From contig CAWCXJ010000002.1 of the NCBI GenBank assembly GCA_963799485.1, positions 23,955 through 87,954 of the forward strand: 64,000 nucleotides of DNA, written 5' to 3'. Numbering within the stretch: the first letter of the stretch is position 1; the number at the start of each line of letters is the position of its first letter. The notes under the pieces were generated by a model. It was not told the DNA's origin. It searched no databases and saw nothing but the letters and a program-made list of their open reading frames with translations. This document shows positions 58,314-64,000 of the stretch, piece after piece. Both the position numbers and the translations under genes were made by a program. This DNA is from an uncultured Trueperaceae bacterium. Its GTDB lineage: Bacteria > Deinococcota > Deinococci > Deinococcales > Trueperaceae.

Positions 58314-60253
58314 TGTGTATTTCATCATAAATTGACCGCCGAATGGCTCTTACGAAAGTTTTGTGGTAGATGTAGATGCATCGGGACTTGAAACCTAGCG
58401 GTGCAGCTAGCAGCATAGAGGATGCTTGACATCCTTTTCCCAGGTTGCATCGTTGAAATGTTCGAAATCCACGAGCAAGGCTTGGTGCTCACGGCTCGGT
58501 CAAACAAAACGGCGGCGAGGTGCCCAGTATGTGGGGTGACGTCAGCGAAGGTAAGCGGCTACTACCGACGGCATCCTCACGATTTGCCCCTGGCTGGTCA
58601 CCTGACCAAGTTTTGCCTGAAAGTTAAACGGTTCTACTGTTTGAACCATAGCTGTACGAGAACGACGTTTGCGGAATCTTTCGACCCCTGGTTAGCACGT
58701 TACGCCCACAGGAGCGGACGCCTGAGCGATACCCAAAGCTACGTCGCTGTGATGCTGAGTGCCAAAGCCAGTGAAGACCTGCTCGAGAAGTTAGCGATAC
58801 CCGTGAGCCACGACACAGCCCTCAATCTCGTTTGTAAAAGAACCGCAGTGCCACAAGGTACGCCACGGGTGCTAGGCGTCGATGATTTCGCTCTCCGAAA
58901 AAGGGAAACCTATGGCACCTTACTGCTGGACTTAGAGACACACAAGGTGGTGGACGTTTTACCCGACAGAACCTCGGCTACACTTATAAGCTGGCTAAAG
59001 GCCCACCCTGGGATCGAGGTTATCTCGAGAGACCGCTCTCAGGAGTACAAATCCGCTTGTGACGAGGGCGCACCCGAGGCCGTCCAGGTCGCTGACCGCT
59101 GGCATCTACTCAAAAACTTCAGCGATCTCTTGAAGCGTTGGTTCGAGCGCCACAAGAAATACCTCGTTGAGCCTCTGCCAGACGGCGAGTTCGCAACTGG
59201 TGCCGAAATGCCACGCCAGCTGCGCGCCCGCACCAGCTATGAGAGAGCGCTGCAAGCCAAGCTCGAAACGCGCCGCAAACGGCAAACAACCTTTGAAACG
59301 GCTAAGCGTCTGAAAGCGGAGGGTTTTAGCCTGTCCACCATCGCGGCCAAACTCGGCGTCGGCAGGAGTACCTTGAGCCGTTGGTTCGCCCAAGGCACTT
59401 ATGCCAATAAGCAGCGCAGTCGCATCCTCGAAGCCTATCGACCCTATCTCAGACAAAGGTGGGAAGCGGGCATAAGTAACAAGATGCAGCTTTACCGGGA
59501 GATTATGGCGCAAGGATTTACCGGTGCCTACGGACTCGTCTACGCCTACTTCGCCGAGCTAGAAGCTGGGATTGGGCTTTTGAGTGCGAGCAAGAAGCAA
59601 AACGTTCAACGCTATTCGGCGTACGAGGCGACCCGGTTATTCACACGTCAACGAGCTACGTTAAATCGGCACGAGATCAGACGGCTCGAGCAACTCTTCA
59701 AGAATGTGAAGGAGGCTGAGCTTTGCTATGAGCTGGCGCAACGCTTCGTGTTCTTGTTTGAGCAGGAGCAAGCACCCGAGCAGACCCTCGCGGCGTTTGA
59801 CCGTTGGCTCAAAGACACCATAAATAGTGGCATCGACGAACTTGCCCGCTTGGCAAAGGGCTTTAGTAACGACAGGCTCGCTATCGGAGCGGCTTTAACC
59901 CTGCCCTGGAGCAACGGTCCGACGGAAGGTAAAATTACTAGGCTCAAACTTCTGAAGCGGCAAATGTACGGACGAGCCAGCTTTGATCTACTTAGACAAA
60001 AGGTGCTTCTTGCGGCCTGACCACAAAACTTTCGTAAGAGCCAGCTAATTTTACCGAACTTGACCACTGTTTTACCGAATTTGACCACCTCAAGCTGAGG
60101 CGCAAGACACTCTAGCGACAGGCCGACAATAAGGCATGTCTAGAAAGCGAGCGTCAATGCGAAAGGTCAAAGAAATCCTGCGGTTACGCCATGCCTGCGG
60201 ACTGAGTGAGCGGCAGATCGCCCAGAGCTGCAACCTCAGCAAAGGCAGTGTCA
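58314..60253 (+). mobile_element. IS21-family left end and istA 5' fragment, split by ISL3
   Basis: Repeated ttttaccgaaYttgaccac motifs at ~60047-60088; MRKVKEILRL...GLSERQIA. Confidence 0.7.
58345..60042 (+). mobile_element. ISL3-family element A (transposase 58422..60020)
   Basis: Perfect IR ggctcttacgaaagttttgtgg; GVDDFA, RDR, ADRWH, SNGPTEG. Confidence 0.95.
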
Positions 60254-60577
60254 TACTCATTCCGGCTAAATCCCTAATCAAACGAGGGGCCACCAGTGAA
60301 AGAGGGTGTGCTGGGAGATGAGGTCAGGTTGGGTACGCAAGTAAGCGCAGCGTTTGGAGAGGACCGCTTGCAGGTCGTCAAGGGTGTCGAACACACGGTT
60401 AGCAAGGGGTTCGTCGGAGAGGTTACACAGACGTTGGGCAGGTTGCAACTCTGGCGAGTAGGGGGGCAGAAAGAGTAGTTCTACCCCTTCGGGAACGCGC
60501 AACTTACCGCTGGTATGCCAACGGGCTTGGTCCAGCACCAGGAGCATAGCATGGTCTTTAGCCGCGCCCAGGTCGTG
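60254..60577 (-). mobile_element. IS630-family 3' fragment
   Basis: VLDQARWH...FLPPYSPELQPA; TA at end. Confidence 0.8.
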
Positions 60578-60596
60578 TGAGGGGACCCCTATACCT

Positions 60597-62298
60597 GGTT
60601 CTCCCGCGCTTTTGATGAACTTCATTTGTCGAGCGGTTACAACCAACGACATGACACCCCTACCTTGGCTAGCTGATCCCGATGTGCTCGAGTTGAGAAG
60701 CGTCGTTTCAGAACAGAAAAACGTCACCTTGCTCATTCGTTATACCCAAGCCGCCAGCTGCTGCCCAGGCTGTAGGCAGGCATCGCCCCATGTCCATAGT
60801 CGGTACCAGCGTTTCCCCGATGATCTTCCTTGGCAAGGCGTGCGCGTGACACTCAAGCTGAGCGTTCGGAGGTTCTTCTGCCGCAACGCGAGCTGTGAGC
60901 GCCGCATCTTCTGCGAACGCCTCGACCACGTGCTCACCCCCTATGCGCGGCAGACGCTCCGGCTAGTCGAGACCCTACAGGCTATAGGCTTCGGTCTTGG
61001 CGGGGAGGCGGGTACTCGCACTGCCCGCTTGCTCGGCATCTCCAGCAGCGCCGACACGCTTTTGCGTCGTGTCCGGCAAAGCCGCATTCCGGCGGTCGAA
61101 GCGCCGCGGGTGATTGGTGTAGACGATTGGGCCTACCGCAAAGGCGAACGCTACGGCACCTTGATCGTCGACCTTGAGCGGCGCACGCCCATCGAACTTC
61201 TGCCGGACCGCGAAGCCGACACGCTCACAGCGTGGCTTAAAGCTCACCCGAGCATCGAGATCGTCGCGCGCGACCGCGCCTCGGCGTATGCCGACGCCGC
61301 CCACCGCGGTGCCCCCCAGGCGGTGCAAATCGCCGATCGGTGGCATTTGCTGAACAACCTCCAGGAAGCTGCGCAGCGCTTTCTCACCCGGCAGAGCCAG
61401 CTGCTCAAGCAAGCGAGCAACGAAACGCGAGTGGCGCAGGCAGAGGCGATCCCGTTCTCGCGGGGGTCGCTGCTCGCCTCGGCAACGCTAGCGCGGCGTC
61501 AGGAGAACAGAGCTAAACGCGAGCGCCTCTACGAGGAGATGCTGAGTCTGCACCAGCAGGGCAAGTCTCAGTGTCGCATCGCCCGGGAACTGGGCGTGAG
61601 CCGCGGCCGCGTGGTGGCCTACCTGCGGGAAGGCGTTCCCGACGGAGCGCGGGTTCGGCGCGGCAGCATCCTCGATCCCTACCTGCCGTACCTCCACCGC
61701 AGGTGGCTCGAGGGCTGTCGGGGAGCCGTGTCGCTCTTTCGTGAGCTCAAGGCGCGAGGCTACCCGGGCGGTAGCGGCATGGTCAAGCGCTATGGCAAAA
61801 ACTTGCGTAAGCGCCTGGCCGTCATGACGGCCCAAGAGCAGCGCCACTTTCTGGAGGCCACGGCGCAGTTTAAAGCGCCGTCCGTGCGCCGGGCCGCGTG
61901 GTGGCTGTTGGAGGACGAGCAGGAGCTCGGCAAGAAACAGCAGGTGTTTCTGAAAGAGCTGGGACAGCTACGTCCTGAGATCGTGCGGTTCCGGCAGCTT
62001 GGACTCGACTTCAAACGCATGGTGCGAGAACGCGACGCCGATGCGCTTGTTGCCTGGCTTGAGGAAGCAGAGGCGGGCGGCGTGCAGGAGCTGAAGGGTT
62101 TCGCCTTCGGCATTCGGAAAGACCTCGCGGCGGTAACGGCGGCGCTTTGCTTTGAGTGGAGCAACGGCCAGACGGAAGGCCAGATCAACCGCCTGAAGAT
62201 GCTCAAGTGGCAGATGTTCGGACGAGCCAACTTCGATCTGCTGTGAGCTCGGGTGCTGCACGCGGCCTGAGCCGTGTCATCAAAAGCGCGGGAGAACC
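60597..62298 (+). mobile_element. ISL3-family element B (transposase ~60651..62246, premature TGA near end)
   Basis: IR ggttctcccgcgcttttgatga; 8-bp TSD CTATACCT. Confidence 0.95.
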
Positions 62299-62531
62299 CT
62301 ATACCTGGGCCAGTTTGGATGTGAGTCTAGGCGTCTGTAGTTTAGTCGTTTTGAGTGCTTGATCCAATACCTGTTTCGGTGTTTGATAGCCGAGTGCTCC
62401 GTGAGGTCGGTGTTCGTTGTAGTCTCGTCGCCACTGTTCGCTTAGTACACGTGCTTCGAGGGTAGACGTGAACACTTCCAGGTTCAGGAGTTCGTCGCGG
62501 AAACGCCCGTTGAAGCTTTCGCAATAGCCGT

Positions 62532-62558
62532 ACGGCAAAGCCTCGGCGCTGCGCTGAA
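62532..62558 (-). mobile_element. 27-nt in-frame micro-insertion type A in diverged IS3
   Basis: Identical to 48661..48687 although flanking codons differ. Confidence 0.85.
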
Positions 62559-62745
62559 TTTGCCAGGGCGAGCCGGGGTCGATGTAAAGGGTTTCAACGG
62601 TGGCGTCTGCAAGAAACCGCCGTGTGGCTTGGGCGATGAACTCAGGGCCATTGTCGCAGCGGATGAACATGGGCGATCCATGCATGGTGATGAGGCGCTC
62701 GAGTTCACCTCTCACGTCGTAGCTGGTCAGGCTGCGCTCGACCTT

Positions 62746-63996
62746 TGACGTGACCCCCGAAACCTGAGCCAAGCGGAATGTGAGTCAGGCTGAGAGGAAT
62801 GGCCATGCGAAAGACTCATACCCCCGAGCAGATCATCGACATTCTCCGCAACGTCGAGAAGGCAACTAACCAGGGAAAGACGGCGGCGGAGGCGTGTCGC
62901 ACCCTCGGTATCAGTGAGTGGAGCTTTTACCGCTGGCGGCAAAAGTACGGTGGCATGGGGAAAAGCGATGCTAAGCAGTTAAGAGAGTTGGAGAAGGAAA
63001 ACGCCCGGCTGAAGAAACTGCTGGCGGAGAAGGACCTTGATAACGATATTCTTAAGGAGGCACTAAAAACAAAGTTCTAACGCCCAGAACGCGCCGTGAC
63101 GCTGTAACTCATGTCCGGCGCGAACTGGGCGTGAGCGAACGGCGGATCTGCCGAGTACTTGGGCAAGTTAGGAGTACGCAGCGATATCAGCCCCTACGGA
63201 TAGAGAAGGACAAAGTGCTGGTTAAACGCTTGCACGAACTAGCTTTGGAACATCCCCGTTACGGCTATCGGCGGATCACCGCCAAGCTTAACGAAGAACA
63301 CTGGCACGTGAACCGTAAGAGAGTTCAGCGGCTATGGCGGGCTGAAGGACTAAAGGTGCCAAGCCGGACGCATAAACGAACCCGTTTGGGTAATGGCGAG
63401 AACGCCTGCCACCGGCGTAAACCAGAATACGCCCATCATGTTTGGGCGCTTGACTTCATCATGGACACGACTTTAAGTGGCGGACGGCTCAAGTTCTTAA
63501 CGGTCATTGACGAGTTCTCTCGCTCCTGTTTAAGTATTAAGGTCGAGCGCAATATGACCAGCCATAACGTTGTAACCGAACTCGAGCGTCTTATCACCCT
63601 GCACGGAGCGCCCAGCTTCATCCGCTGTGATAACGGCCCCGAGTTCATCGCCCAAACACTGCAAAAGTTCGTCACCGACGCTACCATCAAAACGCTTTAC
63701 ATCGACCCCGGCTCACCCTGGCAAATTCAGCGCAGCGCCGAGGCTTTGCCGTACGGTTACTGTGAAAGCTTCAACAGCCGTTTCCGGGATGAACTCTTGA
63801 ACCTGGAAGTATTTACCTCTACCCCCGAAGCCCGTGTACTAAGCGAAAAGTGGCGGCAAGACTATAACGAACACCGACCTCACGGAGCACTTGGCTACCG
63901 GACACCCCAAGCTGTCTTGGCAGAAGCCCTCGAAACAGGTAAGCTACACCTGCCTAGACTCACATCCGAAATGGCCCAAGCTTAGGGATCCCCTCA
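62746..63996 (+). mobile_element. IS3-family element, copy 2 (orfA 62799..63080, orfB 63131..63985)
   Basis: Inverted twin of 48417..49667. Confidence 0.95.
63726..63752 (+). mobile_element. 27-nt in-frame micro-insertion type A
   Basis: TGG CAA A|TTCAGCGCAGCGCCGAGGCTTTGCCGT|AC GGT TAC. Confidence 0.85.
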
Positions 63997-64000
63997 CCAG

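Larger units (their letters stand above)
60578..62745 (-). mobile_element. Diverged IS3-family element, 3' part; right IR split by ISL3 B, 5' part cut by IS3 copy 2
   Basis: tgaggggaccc...tgggcc end resembles end of copy 1; orfB fragment 62299..62745. Confidence 0.85.

Noticed and set aside
60047..60088. Direct repeats ttttaccgaaYttgaccac as possible CRISPR or iterons
   Set aside because: Only two adjacent copies without spacers; explained as IS21 terminal repeats.
62724..62745. GGTCAGGCTGCGCTCGACC hairpin with insert-like core
   Set aside because: It aligns without a gap to KVERNMT of the other IS3; ordinary coding sequence.
1..64000. CRISPR array, tRNA/rRNA, reverse transcriptase/DGR, integrase
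   Set aside because: None recognised by eye; the prophage integrase, if present, must lie outside the window.

Overview
The window has two parts. (1) Bases 1-~37350 are the right-hand portion of a siphovirus-type prophage: portal C-terminus, HNH endonuclease, protease/scaffold, capsid, head-tail genes, tail tube, a frameshifted tail chaperone, a 2199-aa tape measure protein, two tail-appendage modules, an M15 endolysin, an Ntn-hydrolase-like protein, a nuclease, lysis-type membrane genes and several antisense moron cassettes. It ends exactly where the metallo-beta-lactamase domain of a decapitated comEC begins, so it appears to be integrated in comEC. (2) Bases ~37350-64000 are host chromosome: comEC 3' part, Ser/Thr kinase, holA, cdsA, transaldolase family, GNAT and SRPBCC genes. 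These are followed by a dense nested IS region (IS5, IS630, IS1595, IS982, IS3, ISL3, IS21) around a peptide ABC transporter/acetamidase block. Leaderless promoters, gene content and a strong CTCGAG excess suggest a Deinococcus-Thermus (Truepera-like) host; this is inference. The most unusual signal is a family of 27-nt in-frame micro-insertions without target duplication. They share an AGCGCAGCG core and a CGTA junction, carry an arm complementary to their own target flank, and sit inside conserved or catalytic codons of IS3 and IS630 transposases. An identical insert is present in two diverged IS3 elements.
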